From the NCBI RefSeq assembly GCF_036588685.1, contig NC_086382.1, positions 38,564,001-38,628,000 on the forward strand: 64,000 nucleotides of DNA. The letters run 5' to 3'. This DNA comes from Mytilus trossulus. Taxonomy: Eukaryota. The notes under the pieces were generated by a model, which worked only from the letters and a program-made list of their open reading frames with translations, was not told where the DNA came from and made no database searches. Each line of letters begins with the position of its first letter. Within the stretch, counting starts at the first letter, position 1. The position numbers and the translations under genes were made by a program. This document shows, piece by piece, positions 48,869 through 62,017 of the stretch.

Positions 48869-51800
48869 GAAGCAGCTTTTCCGTATTTTATTCGGAAAAA
48901 AATTACCAAACTCCAATCTGCATATAATTTCAATCAAACCAATTCATAAGTCGAAAACAAACTGACAGTGCCATGACAAAAACAAGTACAAACAAAAATA
49001 TCATGGGAAAATTAAAGGCTTAGCAATAAGAACTTTATAAAAAAAACCTGGTCGATCTCATGTGCTTTTGAAGAATAATCAGTTCATGCTCCAAAAGTTG
49101 CATTCGTCGCGGTGTTTATGTATGCACAACTGCGTTGGAAAGTGTATTTTTGCAGGCCTTTTTCTAGGAAAATTAGGATGGAATTTTGGTTCTAACAATT
49201 GTCATCTGTAAAACCGAATTTCCATATCGGTCAACTAAATAAAACAAATTTAAACGGATTAAAGGTACAGACGACAGTTAAATTGATGTACGTAACGGCA
49301 ATTGTTTTAATAAATTGGCCACTCATATAAGAATATATACCTTATTTGGGGATAGATCTCTTCCTTAAGCTTTTTGTTTTCACTTTCTATTGGTTCGATA
49401 TTTCTACTGGTATACTGCTTTTCCCGGGTGTTCCATCATTTAGGTAATGCGTGCATAGGTTTTGAAATGATTTTTATGTTCATAACAATACTTTCTTATA
49501 TGTTCTTTTAAACAAATGAGCATTAACATTCTTGTTTAACATAGTCAAAGATACAAAAACAGCTCCCGAAAAAAAATCCCCAAAAACCCCACCAAACAAC
49601 AAACCAAAAGACAAAAAAGGAATAAAAAAGGAGATAGCAATCTTATACGAACACCCAACGTTGCTTATTCCAATAAAATGACTGATGAAATTTATTTTCT
49701 CTCTAACAGTTAATTTATGAACCAAGCTGATTTGTTATCTTCTTTGAAAACCGTTTGATTTTTTTCTTCGTAATTCAAAAGGTGAACACGCTGAATGTAC
49801 TTTTTAATCTAATGATTCCAGTTAAAATGCTTCATAAATGTGTAATAACTAAGTAAGAAGGTTATCGTAGTTCATCTTAATTCATTAAGAATCGAATTAT
49901 AGTAATCTAATTGCGTAATGGCTTCGATTAAAGTAGTATCTACAGCTGATAATATATGTTCCCACGTGACATAAAATGCATCATGGATATACATAAAGAT
50001 TTAACTAAAATCTATCTTTGGGTTTTCAAGGCTGCAATTTGTTTATATAATTATCTGCATGGACTGCATTAGTACAGCGATTTCACATAATAACATGCTT
50101 ACTTTCGGTGCGGTAGGTCGTAAGGTCAATCACTCATGAGGTAAAAACAACGACTTAACTGTGCATGCAATGTAATTTATTAAGATATCAAAATGTATGA
50201 ATGATTGTCCATATGCATCAGATGTAACTTAATATCAAATATGACTGATGGTTGACCTTGATGCAGGAATATTAGTACACTGCAAATAAGTTAACATTTC
50301 AGGCTCTTTAATTAATTATACTTGGAGGCTATTTATACATGATTGAGACCAGATTGATATTGTTTGTGAAAAAAAATCACAAAAATACTGAACTCCGAGG
50401 AAATTCAAATCGGAAAGTCCGTAATCAAATGGGAAAATCAAAAACTCAAACCTATCAAACGAAAGAATAACAACTGTCATATTCCTGACTTGGAACAGTC
50501 AATTCTAATGCAGAAAATGAAAGATTTAACCTGGTTGTATAGTGCTAAACCTCTCACTTGTACGACAATTGCATCAAATTCCTGTATATTGAAAACCATG
50601 CGTGAAAAAAACAAACAGAAACAATAGGTTAAAATGTCACAAACGCATTGAAAATCTGTGTTAATAAACTGTTCGATATAAAAACTAATTGCCTACAAAT
50701 ACGAAAATGTTCTTTCGATGAAATAGTCAAATATTTAGCCACATGATACAATAGTTAGGTCTCGCATTGATATAATGTTTATTTCAAAAACTTGTGATTA
50801 GTCCTATATGGGTGAAAAACAAAACTTATAAAGTATAACCCTTAAGTTATAATACTCAACCAAATGCGAAAGAAAATTGTTCATCTGCCTTTAAATTATA
50901 CTAAAGTAAATTTATATGTTTTGGTAAAAGATGTGGAATTTGTCCACGTTGAACTCTAAAATTCAAGAATTTGTTAAAAATTCGTTAATAATGCAAACGT
51001 TGAAAATTGTGATACAACATGCAATTTAAACTTTAATTAATTTCTAAACTTTATAACAAAAATATAAGTTGATTTTACCAGTTTAGCTACAATTACGTAA
51101 AAATGTATCAGTTAGGAATACGCAGCTGTTGATTTACATAAAGGTGAATATGTAAACATGTAAACTTACAGCTGAATACCGAACGTCTATATTATTCAAA
51201 TATTGTGTATGAAGTCATGCACTTTCTCCGTGTTTTCTTTTTGTACTAGATTTGAGACGATAACATCTGATTTGATTAGAAAAATGAATAAATATTTTAT
51301 CTTTTCTTCTATTTTAAAAAGAGCAATTAGTTTTGATAAAACAGGAACAGCATCATTGTTAGAAAATTTCAAGATGAAGTATCACTTCTAGGAGATGTTT
51401 TGTAGTTAGGGCTTTGAAATGACATTTTTATTGCTTGTATTTTTTTTATCAAATTAATTTTCTCGTCACTGATTCTGCGTGGCAGTATACATTGCTGTAC
51501 TATCTTTTTTTTCTGGTTTTAATTCCAAAATCTGTAATTGTTTGCTGATGAAGGAAAGCTCTTCTATTAAATTTTGTTTGTTATCGAATCTTGTCTCCCA
51601 AAGAAGTAAAAACGGGAAAATAACAATTGCTAGTTATAAGCTTCATATTTATCTGACGATATCGTGATACGGGTATTAAGTCGAATCTTAACATGTAATT
51701 ATGATTTGTTTACAAATCGGTATTTGTTAAAACGAATTAAACAATGTCGAAATGTTCAGGAATTAAATCTATTCTGTATTGTAGTCTCATCATGTAAAGT

Positions 51801-52557
51801 TTTCATGGTAATGTTATATCTAACATTGCCATAAAAGCGGGAGGTTTTACATACCACAAAACCATGTTCAACCCACCATTTTTTTCATTAAAATGTCCTG
51901 TACCAAGTCAGGAAAATGGCCATTGTTATATTATAGTTCGTTTCTTTGTGTGATACATTTTAATGTTGTTTTTCTGTTGTGTCGTAGTTCTCCTCTTATT
52001 TCTGATGTGTTCCCCTAAGTTAGATTGTAACCCGGATTTTTTTCTCTCAATCGATTGATGAATTTCGAACAGCGGTATACTACATGTACTGCTTCCTTAA
52101 TTTAATTTAATCTATATTTGGGTAAGTTGATGCAAGCTTACGATCTGTAATGCGTCTTACAGGCTATGAAAGTGTTGCATACCTTGTATAGGTTCATGAT
52201 TTTATATTTGAGTACATTTATTTGATTTAATTTATAATAATTACAAAAATAGATTTCAGTTTTTGTTATTGGTGTACATTTTGTATTAAAGGCATTGATG
52301 TATGAATATAATTTAATAACTTTGAAACATTTTAAAATTATTACATTCCAATGCAAAGAACCGTTCATTATTTTTAAATATTATTCAGTTTCATATTTAT
52401 AATTACGACACCGACATACAAGGATTTCTCTCAAGATTTTGTGGGTAGTGAGACACTGTCATGAACTAGTTATGGTCAGTGTATGCCTCAGAAAGAACAG
52501 ACATATAATATGAGGAAAACCATTTATGTGACCACATCGTGTGTAATAGACAGATGT

Positions 52558-54555
52558 ATTTACGTACGTTTCGGCAACAAAGTTTATCGACAGGTTGTAG
52601 GTTTCCCCAGGGGCACTAATTGTGCCCTTTTATAGCAGACTTGTTTTTGTACTGTTACGAATCATATGTTTTGACTAAACTCAGTAAAGACCCGTCGAAA
52701 TTGCATTTAATTGACAAATTCAAAAACACTTACCGTTATCTTGATGATATTTTTTCGTCAAATAATCAAGAATCTTCTCAATATACTGCTGAAATTTACC
52801 CCAAGGAACTTACTTTAAATAAATCAAATTTATTCGGTAATAACAGTCCTTTTCTGGATTTAGATATTTCGGTTTTAAACGGGAAACTACACACTAAAAT
52901 TTACGACAAAAGGGACGATTTTTCTTTGCCTATTGTCAATTTTTCATTTTTAGATGGTGCTGTTTCTTTGGCACCATCTTACGGTGTTTATATTTGACAA
53001 CGTGTTCGCTATGCGCGTGTCTGTTGTGACGTTTTTGATTTTAACGAACGCAACCTATGTATCACTGGTAAATTATTAAACCAGGGATATCGTTACCATA
53101 AATTACTAAAAATCTTTTCTAAATTTTTCCATAGATATAAAGATTGGGTTTTGAAGTTTGGTTGTACCTGTAGAAAACTTATTTCAAACGGGATAGCACA
53201 TCCTCATTTTTACGGAAATGTTGTTAACCGTGCCCAGAAATTTAGAAATGATCCATGTAAACCTAGCTGTCACTCCTTTGAATAAACTTATTCTAAAAGG
53301 TTACCTATTCAACACTGTAATAAGACCATTGAATATTGTTTTTATTGGTATACATATTGATTTTGTTATCGGTATATTAAAAGCTAACTAAATATTACTA
53401 GTATTTTATATATATGTTGTGTACAAGATGTAAGTTTGTACAAATTATAATTTGTACAGGGATTTTGTACAAGTTATAAGTTTTTTGACACCTACCTTCT
53501 TGCAATAGGTGATACAGGTTTATCTAATAAAATGTATCAGTAGAATGTTTTAAACTAAAAAAAAATATACTTCAACCTAACATTTAGTGATATTCTCCTT
53601 GTCTTCAAACTAGAAATGAGGATACCTGACTGGTCTAAATTCTATTTTTTCCCTTAAACCATATGCATATCCATACAAAATCTTTGTGTGGTCTTATAAT
53701 GTTTGTGTATCAATGCTCAGTATTAGACTGTGCCATGAAGTTGTAAAAATATGACAGAAATATGCGAAGCAAAAGAATGTGTGCTTGCATCATCAATTTT
53801 TGTTCAGCAGGTGACAAAACACTGATTACTTGTACAAAATATCTGTACAAATTATAATTTGAACAACATTACAACTTGTACACAACATATATAAAATACA
53901 TATTCATGGATCTACAATCTGTCGATACCTGTAACTTGGCATTGCACAAGGTCATGTTTTCTCTGGCTGTTTATGACGTATTCACACTAAATCCATTGGA
54001 TGTTGGATGTGTACGGATTGATTGTTTAGTCTTAGATGCATGATTTTTTATTAGTTGTTAGTGGCTTTGAACTAGCTGTGAGATAACTGCAAGTACTCTC
54101 AGATCTGTTCATTGTGTCTTTTTGTGTCGGGATGTATAAGTAATCCGCCACGTCCACTTTATTTTTTGTCCATCTGATGAGTAAAGCCTTTTTCAACTGA
54201 TTTTTATAGTTCGTTCTTATGTTGTACTGTAATACCACTGTCCCAGGTTAGGGGGAGGGTTGGGAGCCCGCTAACATGTTTAACCCCGCCACATCATTTA
54301 TGTATGTGCCTGTCCCAAGTCAGGAGCCTGTAATTCAGTGGTTGTCGTTTGTTTATGTGTTACATATTTGTTTTTTGTTCATCTTTTTACATAAATAAGG
54401 CCGTTAGTTTTTTCTCGTTTGAATTGTTTTTCTTCTTATCGGGGCCTTTTATAGCTGACTATGCGGTACGGTGACCTATAGTTGTTAATATTTGTATCAT
54501 TTTGGTCTTATGTGGATAGTTATCTTATTGGCAATCATACCACATCTTCTTTTTA
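52558..54555 (+). mobile_element. 5'-truncated, decayed Penelope-like retroelement (RT core and thumb, no C-terminal GIY-YIG; Naiad-like) with 3' tail
   Basis: IYVRFGNKVYRQVVGFPRGTNCA/FIADLFLYCYE...YRYLDD...IYPKEL...FLDL...IYDKRDDF..PIVNF...SYGVYI*QRVRYARVC...LLNQGYRYHKL. The ORF ends near 53390 and the tail ends ggcaatcataccacatcttc. Confidence 0.85.
53415..53887. mobile_element. Ginger-like MITE nested in the PLE
   Basis: ~65-bp TIRs TGTTGTGTACAAG.../...CTTGTACACAACA; TATA TSD; termini related to 5847-7023. Confidence 0.75.
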
Positions 54556-54579
54556 ATGTAGTCATACATCTCTCATGGA

Positions 54580-54880
54580 TACGTATAAACTGTTAAATAA
54601 ATTGTGTCCACGTCATCATTTCTCTCATGCAAATTATCTGCCATCTTGTTGCATGTGGCAGTTGCGGATTACTTATAACATTATGGCAAACCCATAACTG
54701 TTCACGCTTGGTTAATCAAAGTGTTGAAAACAATGTGAAAAAACATGTTTGTTTTAATTGTTTACCTGTACGGTAGCTGCACGTGCAGATTAGAACTTAT
54801 TAAGTCGACATTTATTGATTAAACTCAGGTATATAAATAATATAACTAGTCGTTTTTTAATATATCATATCACAAAACAA
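54580..54880 (-). mobile_element. 5' fragment of the same Tc1 family
   Basis: Similar to 39400-39650 (aaagtgttgaaaacaatg...tagctgca.gtgcagat...taaactcaggt). Confidence 0.6.
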
Positions 54881-55859
54881 TTAACTAGAGTTTTTTTGTT
54901 TAAAATTTGCATTTAAATTTGCTGTTGCAATACTTTTTTTTCTATTTGTATACTTATGTTTGCCTGTTGTTTTGTTATGTTGTTTGTTCCCTCATTTCTG
55001 CTAGGAAAGATAATGCTAATTGATATGACATTAAAATAAATGATCGGTCTAAGCAACGGACAAATACCTAAAGTATCGGACAAAAAGAAAATTGTTAAAA
55101 TCATTTGACAGAGAGCACAAACGTTATATTACCTAAATATATATCACGCTAGTTAAAAAGTATGTGTACGTGTTTACAGGAGTTAATGAAGAAATAGCTC
55201 ATTGCTAAAAGACTTTAAATTTATCGCAAATTTTTATAACATCCCACTTGCAGTAAAAAGCTATCAAATCTTTAACTAATAACATTAACGTCCTTTACAT
55301 ATACACTGCACTAGTAATGCTCTGCTTCGAATTCTGCACCTAAAGTCCTTGCATTCTGACAAGTCTTTCTTCGTATGCATGTCAATTTAGTGATAACTAA
55401 TTTTGTTTATGTTCTTTAAATGAAACAGTTACTGTGGATTTTAAATATACAACGTGAATTAAAAAGCTGCAGTACAGTATTTCAAGGGCCATAGAGATAA
55501 TGGTAGCCTCTTGAGATAATTTTAACCACGTTCCAATTTGATCCAGAACCTATAGCTTCGTATACATTTGTCTACAGTACTCTTATTAATTTGCAGCAAT
55601 ACATGCCAATACACTTGATGACCGTCTACTTGTTTCTCCATATCTATGAACTTTTAGCCACTAGAAAATTTTGGCTTTTAGAAATAGAATGAATAGAATA
55701 ATAGTTCGATATGATTTCGAAGACTTGGATATCTGTTGTTCTAACAAAATTCAAGTCATTAATGAATTAGTTAAACTTGTTTGCTTTGACTAGAATAAAA
55801 ATTTCATACAAAATTTGTCTTTTCCTAAAAAAAAAAGTGACATAAATATATAAAGGAAA

Positions 55860-55937
55860 ACCATTATAAGTTAATTTTATTATAAATTTGAACTGTATTA
55901 TATTAAATCGTAATGCGTATCCGTCCATGTCTGTAAT
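55860..55937 (-). other. Putative non-coding terminal (3' UTR) exon of the LDLa gene
   Basis: Strong acceptor tttttatttttattttgtag| at 55938; AATAAA ~55 nt downstream; matching candidate donor ATG|GTATGT at 57742. Confidence 0.4.
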
Positions 55938-56665
55938 CTACAAAATAAAAATAAAAAATATATAATTATGAAAAGTTTATTTGTTCATAATATTTAATTT
56001 TTTTCTATTAAACTTTAGGGTCAAAACAATATCCATGTCTTCCTTAGATAAAAAAAAAATTATGACAATCTTTATTTCTTATTTTGGTTATCAAGAATAA
56101 TAAAGATTTTCTAATTAATAGTTAATTCGTCAATGCAGTATGCTAATATAAGCTTTCATTCAATATATTTAAGATGATGTGGTATGAGTGCCTATGAGAC
56201 AACTCTCCATTCACAATTTCTCAACGTAAACCATTATATATCAAAGTACGGTCTTCATCACGGAGCATTAGCTCACTGAACAGGAAAAGCTATAAAGGGC
56301 CTTCAAAAATTACTAGTGTCAAACCATTCAAACGGGAAAACTAGCAGTCGTCTCATCTACATATTTTTATTTGAAAAACAAGAAACGGGAAAAATTTCTT
56401 TTAATATTTAGAAAAAGTGGACTTTTTGGGATTAAATAAAATCATGTCATTTAACTAGTTTTGTCGTTTGGTTACCGTCGTCTTAAGTTTACCCAACAGT
56501 TTTTGTACAAATTGTATTCATATTTTATAATTTATCATCTGTACTTCTCATGACATATTTGTTGAAGTTTAAAAGCACCTATGTAGTCAATACTTTAACT
56601 CATAAATGCATTATTACATGTAATAAACAAAGATTTCCTCGCTATAATGATGTGATTGCAAATGA

Positions 56666-57455
56666 TAAAATTGAGAACGAAAATGGGGGAATGTGTCAAA
56701 GAGACAACAACCCAATCATAGCAAAAACAACAGCAGAAGGTCACCAACAGGTCTTTAATGTAACGAGAAATTCCCGCACCCGGAGGTGTCCTTCAGTTGG
56801 CCTCTAAACAAATATATACTAGTTCAGTGATAATGAACGCCATACTAATTTCCAAATTGTACACAAGAAACTAAAATTAAAATAAGACAAGACTAACAAA
56901 GGCCAGAGGCTCCTGACTTGGGACAGGCGCAAAAATGCGGCGGGGTTTAACTTTTTTATTATATCTCAACCCTCCCCGTATACCTCTTGCCAATGTAGAA
57001 AAGTAAACGCATAACAATACGCACATTTAAAATACAATTCAAGAGAAGTCCGAGTCTGATGTCAGAAGATGTAACCAAGGAAAATAAACAAAATGACAAT
57101 TATACATAAATAACAACAGACTACTAGCAGTTAACTGACATGCCAGCTCACAACTTCAATTGAACTGATTGAAAGATTATGATGTCGTCATATGAATATC
57201 AGGCACACTCCTTCCCGTTAGGGGTTTAGTATCATACCATCATGACATATATGAGAAGAACATAAACCGTGTCATGCCAACAACTGGTTTTTGAATAAAT
57301 GTGTTTAGTTCCGATGCAAAGACCCTATAAGTGAATCAATATTAACGGCAAAATATGCAATCTTTAATGACCTGACAACAGTATCGTAACTATATCCCTT
57401 CTTAATAAGTCTATTCAAAGGTTTTGTTAGTTTCTGCGGTGAATACTGACATTTT
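56666..57455 (-). mobile_element. Family A repeat, long form
   Basis: Contains tcctgacttgggacagg (56911), shared with the PLE tail. Confidence 0.7.
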
Positions 57456-57766
57456 CTACAAACTATCTACCAGAGACCAAATAATGTAGATGTTATAGTT
57501 TACTGTTCGCTAGACTGGTACACGGCCGTTATTGACAATCTTCTATATTTCAATGGCATACTGAACTATAATGGTGGGAACTAACATATCAACATCCAGT
57601 CTATTTATGTTGATCAAATATTCAACTATTCAATTCAACTTGTATTAATAAGTACATCTTGAAACAAATGCACTTAATTTATCTAGTAATGAAAACAATC
57701 TGTGACATCTGTTGTGCAGTTACTTTATTTTGTTTGACATACCATGTTCCCTGTAGTGGGCTTCCC

Positions 57767-57900
57767 TTAGCGACAAAACTGGTCAGCCTCGTCAGATCCA
57801 TCAATGCAATCATCTACTCCATTACAGTACATATTACTTCTAGGGTAAATACAGTGTAAACCACTTGGACATTTGATAAACGGCTGTTCACATTGGTAGT
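57767..57900 (-). CDS. LDLa-repeat protein, last coding exon
   Basis: YQCEQPFIKCPSGLHCIYPRSNMYCNGVDDCIDGSDEADQFCR*; acceptor tctttttaag at 57901; phase 1. Confidence 0.85.
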
Positions 57901-58197
57901 CTTAAAAAGAAAAGTAAAAAAGATTTCAAACATATGGCGTAACTTCTTTTATATAAAAACGTATGATCATTCAGTGAAAATCATTAAAGAAGGTTGTACC
58001 TATTTAGTATACTCACAACAAATAGCCACCCAGAGTGCAAGGGAAATGACGTTTCATTTTTACTTAACGTTACCGTTATATACAAACCGAATAGATTGTC
58101 ATGAATATCCGTGCGACTTTAAATGTAAAAACTTAAATATTGTTAAAGGTTTTCAGCACTATTTAATCAGACTTGAGGAATGTTGAAAAAAACTTAC

Positions 58198-58326
58198 ATG
58201 TACAAAAGTCTTTTGATTCATCACTCCCATTGGAACAATCTTGTTTACCATCGCATAGCGTGTGTTGCTGATAAATACACTGGCCTCCGCTGGGACATTT
58301 GTTATAGAGATGTGGACACTGATAAT
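58198..58326 (-). CDS. LDLa-repeat protein exon
   Basis: DYQCPHLYNKCPSGGQCIYQQHTLCDGKQDCSNGSDESKDFCT; AG/GTAAG boundaries; 129 nt; phase 1-1. Confidence 0.9.
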
Positions 58327-59366
58327 CTAGAAACATATATGTTAAATAAAACCAACAAGCACGAAAAGGTATTTGCATTTTTTGTGTATTTGGTATCAAT
58401 AAATAAATATATTTATAAACTTGCATGAACAAATGTATGTTTGGTACGCACTTTTGTTTTGGTTGGTGTTACATGTAAGATTTTCACGCGTTATAAAGGA
58501 ATAAAGCCACTTATTCATTGACCCTTGCTTTTAAAGTCATAAGGATTATTACTTATCCTGACTTGTGCTGAAGAATTCGTTGCAGTTTTAAGCACACTGG
58601 TTCCTGGAAGTTCTATAAAACACAAAGAGGTACTTTCGATCTGATCAACAGGACAATTATGCCCTCCAATTACAAATTAAAAAAAAAGTCATTTATGAAA
58701 CGTCTAACAATGATTCAACCTTGATCCAACAGCTTTCGACTTATACCTAAATCATCCAAATGTTGAACTTATTGACAAAGTTAATTTACAGTTTAGCGTA
58801 GAAACAATTTTGTTTAGCATATATACTGTTCTTTTTGACTGGACTCGAATTAGTGGTTCTCTACCTAAAGGGACTTTAAATAATCAATTCAGTTTGAGAA
58901 ACGCATATTATGCTCAAACAGATCAATTTCAAGGTATATCATATAATGGAAATTGATGCGACTGTCACATATGAGAGAGGTTCAGCTAGCTTAAAGGCCA
59001 GTTTTTAGCAACTATTTTCTATATATGAAAAGGTCTCTAATAAATTATGAATATGATAGTTGTTATTTGTTCGTTTGTTGTGTAGGAGCCTTTGATATTG
59101 CTATTTGATTAGGGACTTTCCTTTCTGAATTTTTCTCGTAGTTCAGTATTTTTATGATTTTACTATTAGTTGTATCTCATCATGCTATGCGAATTGTATC
59201 TTCAACAAATGTTCACCCTATGAATTATTTAAGCATCCCACTTATAGAAGTCTGTGCTATTAAAGAGCTACGAAGGGAGTTGAGCGCAACCCTTGGCAAG
59301 CGAAGAGAAAATTTACGAAAAATTTTACCATGTGACCTGCACCATACATATTTATACATATAATAC

Positions 59367-59492
59367 CTTTACATGCTCCATTAAAACCGTCTGTACCATC
59401 ATTGCATTTTGCATCACCCTTACAAAGGGACTCAAGTTTAATACATTGAAGCCCGTCGTCACATTTCACCAAACCACGAAAGCATCGATACC
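59367..59492 (-). CDS. LDLa-repeat protein exon (degenerate acidic motif)
   Basis: GYRCFRGLVKCDDGLQCIKLESLCKGDAKCNDGTDGFNGACK; 126 nt; phase 1-1. Confidence 0.85.
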
Positions 59493-59602
59493 CTAAATTA
59501 TAAAAAAAACATTTTCTTATATCAAACTGAGTGAAATTGATGGGTTTTTTCCCCAGATTATTGTATAAGTTTACTATGATTTGTATTTCTGAAATGTTTA
59601 TT

Positions 59603-59657
59603 ATAAAATTGAGAATGGAAATGGGGAATGTGTCAAAGAGACAACAACCCGACCAAA

Positions 59658-59690
<33 letters not shown>

Positions 59691-59968
59691 ACAACAGCAG
59701 AAGGTCACCAACAGGTCTTCAATGTAGCGAGAAATTCCCGCACCCGGAGACGTCCTTCAGCTGGCCCCTTAACAAATATATACTAGTTCAGTGATAATGA
59801 ACGCCATACTAATTTCCAAATTGTACACAAGAAACTAAAATTTTAAATAATACAAGACTAACAAAGGCCAGAGGCTCCTGACTTGGGACAGGCGCAAAAA
59901 TGCGGCGGGGTTAAACATGTTTGTGAGATCTCAACCCTCCCCCTATACCTCTAACCAGTGTAGAAAAG
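59603..59968 (-). mobile_element. Family A repeat (intronic, with an expanded poly-A tract)
   Basis: High identity to 42869 and 56666. Confidence 0.75.
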
Positions 59969-61329
59969 TAAGTGTATTATGTATTTCACAAATTATAAAA
60001 TGAATTAAAAAGCGTTTCATATGAAATGGATGGTTATACTTCCTCCTAGTGCATCAAAGTTCTTCGCGATTAATTCTTCAATTAATTTGACTGTTTGCTG
60101 TGGTTGTTTTTTTTACAGAAAATACGTTTTCCGTGTCAATTCAATATAGGTACTAGAGCATGATTAATCATAACAAATTGTTAAAATTACCCCAGAGCAT
60201 AACGTGATTCTTAAATATAAACACTCTTGAAATAGTGTTTCACTCCTTTTTGTGAGTGCTGCTGTTTATTGTGATACATTTTTAGAAAAGTGTTGGTTTT
60301 GGTATGTCATGTTTTTCTAACAGCCTGTTGTTTTTTCCCCCACCGACTTATGAACTTGGATTGTTTCGAATTCGCTTCGTGAATTCAGCAAACATTATGT
60401 TCCTTTGAATTCAACTTAACAAAAGTAGTATGTCGAACGCAAATTATTTTCTTTTATTCAAATATAATGGTATTCGAGTATATTATTATCACCATAAAGT
60501 TAACAACATTGTTTAATATATATTTCCCGTCTTTCGTGCCACACAATAGTTCGAAAAGCAATAACTTAAAATAACTTAGAGTTGTCACAAAAAGAAGAAA
60601 ATAGCACATTATCAAGAAAACTTTATAAATTGTATAAAACCAATTTTCGGTATTTTTCAAGTACACATCCAATTGCAAATAAAATGCAATATGTTTTTTT
60701 ATGATAATAAACTTTTGAAAAAGGGTTTAAAATTATACCTAGGTCCATTTATTTTAACAGCAATTTCCGGTGGTACATTGTATAGATAGACGGATTGACA
60801 GACGGGCGGAAGTCTGTTAAGCTCTCTCCATACATACATAAACAATAATTCAAGTAACAAACCGATTCCCGACCGTGCAAGGGCTGTATAAAAACTTCCA
60901 TTTGTTGCAAACCGATTCTTTAAAGAGTTCATGGCCTTGCTTGCTTTAACAATAATACTGCTTTTGCCATCTTGATATTTGTGAACTGTGTTATACATTG
61001 TTGTTTGCATGTGCTGCTTTTACTCTCGTGTAAAACAAATTACGAAAAAATCCAAGTGCGTTGTAAGGGTTCGCTTCTTCAGCTATACATGCCTCATCAG
61101 TTCACTCTACAAATCCAGCTTCAGTCAAAATGTCCAGATAGAAACTGGAATTTATTTTATTAGCCTTTTTATTAATGCATATCTTTTAACCGTCTTAGAA
61201 TGATTGTATACATGCACCTATTTATTATTGTAATATTCTATTATCATTTATGTAATTTTATACTAACACCAGCAACCATGCATCTGAGACCAGTCAGTTT
61301 TTTTACTCCGCGTGCATATAATTTTGTAC

Positions 61330-61455
61330 CTGAACACATATCCGTGATTTCATCAGACCCATCTCGACAGTTGACTGTACCGTCACATATTTGTTTCTCA
61401 GGAATACATTGCAACCCATCGTCACATCTAGTATAGCCCCAACTACACGTATGAC
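61330..61455 (-). CDS. LDLa-repeat protein exon
   Basis: GHTCSWGYTRCDDGLQCIPEKQICDGTVNCRDGSDEITDMCS; 126 nt; phase 1-1; missed by the ORF track. Confidence 0.9.
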
Positions 61456-61891
61456 CTTTTAAAATATGAAATTAAGTAATATTATCACACTATATCTAAA
61501 ATACATTTCACAGAATGTTGAATTATGAATGAATTAGTGTTTTGAAACTTTCTGCCATACATTTGGTATGTTATAAGTGATGAAATGGTTTGATAAATCT
61601 ATAATCACGCTTTTACGTGGACACTTAAAAGTTTATTAAGTCTTCTATTTTAGTAAGTCAATTATGCATGCAGACGTTGAAATATGTTCATTTGAAATAG
61701 ACGAAAGATATATTATTTTACTAATAAATGTTTAACCATATTTGTTAACCAAAAAACTTGTTTTTTCACCGTTCCATACACGGAAATTATATACTGTATG
61801 ACATATTTTGTAACATGCAGTTACTTTTTTCATAATGTTGTGAGTTTTGTCCTTTTGCAGATTTATGTGGTTTTCTAAATAAATTAGTTAC

Positions 61892-62017
61892 CTCTGCAAA
61901 AGTCTTTGAATTCATCTGATGAATCAAGGCAAGAAGACTTGCCGTCACATAGTTCCTCTTCATGGATACATTTATTGCCGTCCAAGCATTTAACTTCATA
62001 TTCAGGGCATTTAAATC
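61892..62017 (-). CDS. LDLa-repeat protein exon
   Basis: FKCPEYEVKCLDGNKCIHEEELCDGKSSCLDSSDEFKDFCR; 126 nt; phase 1-1. Confidence 0.9.

Noticed and set aside
54165-54215. Hammerhead at ctgatgagtaaagcc in the PLE tail
   Set aside because: No GAAA after a helix II and no matching NUH/helix I.
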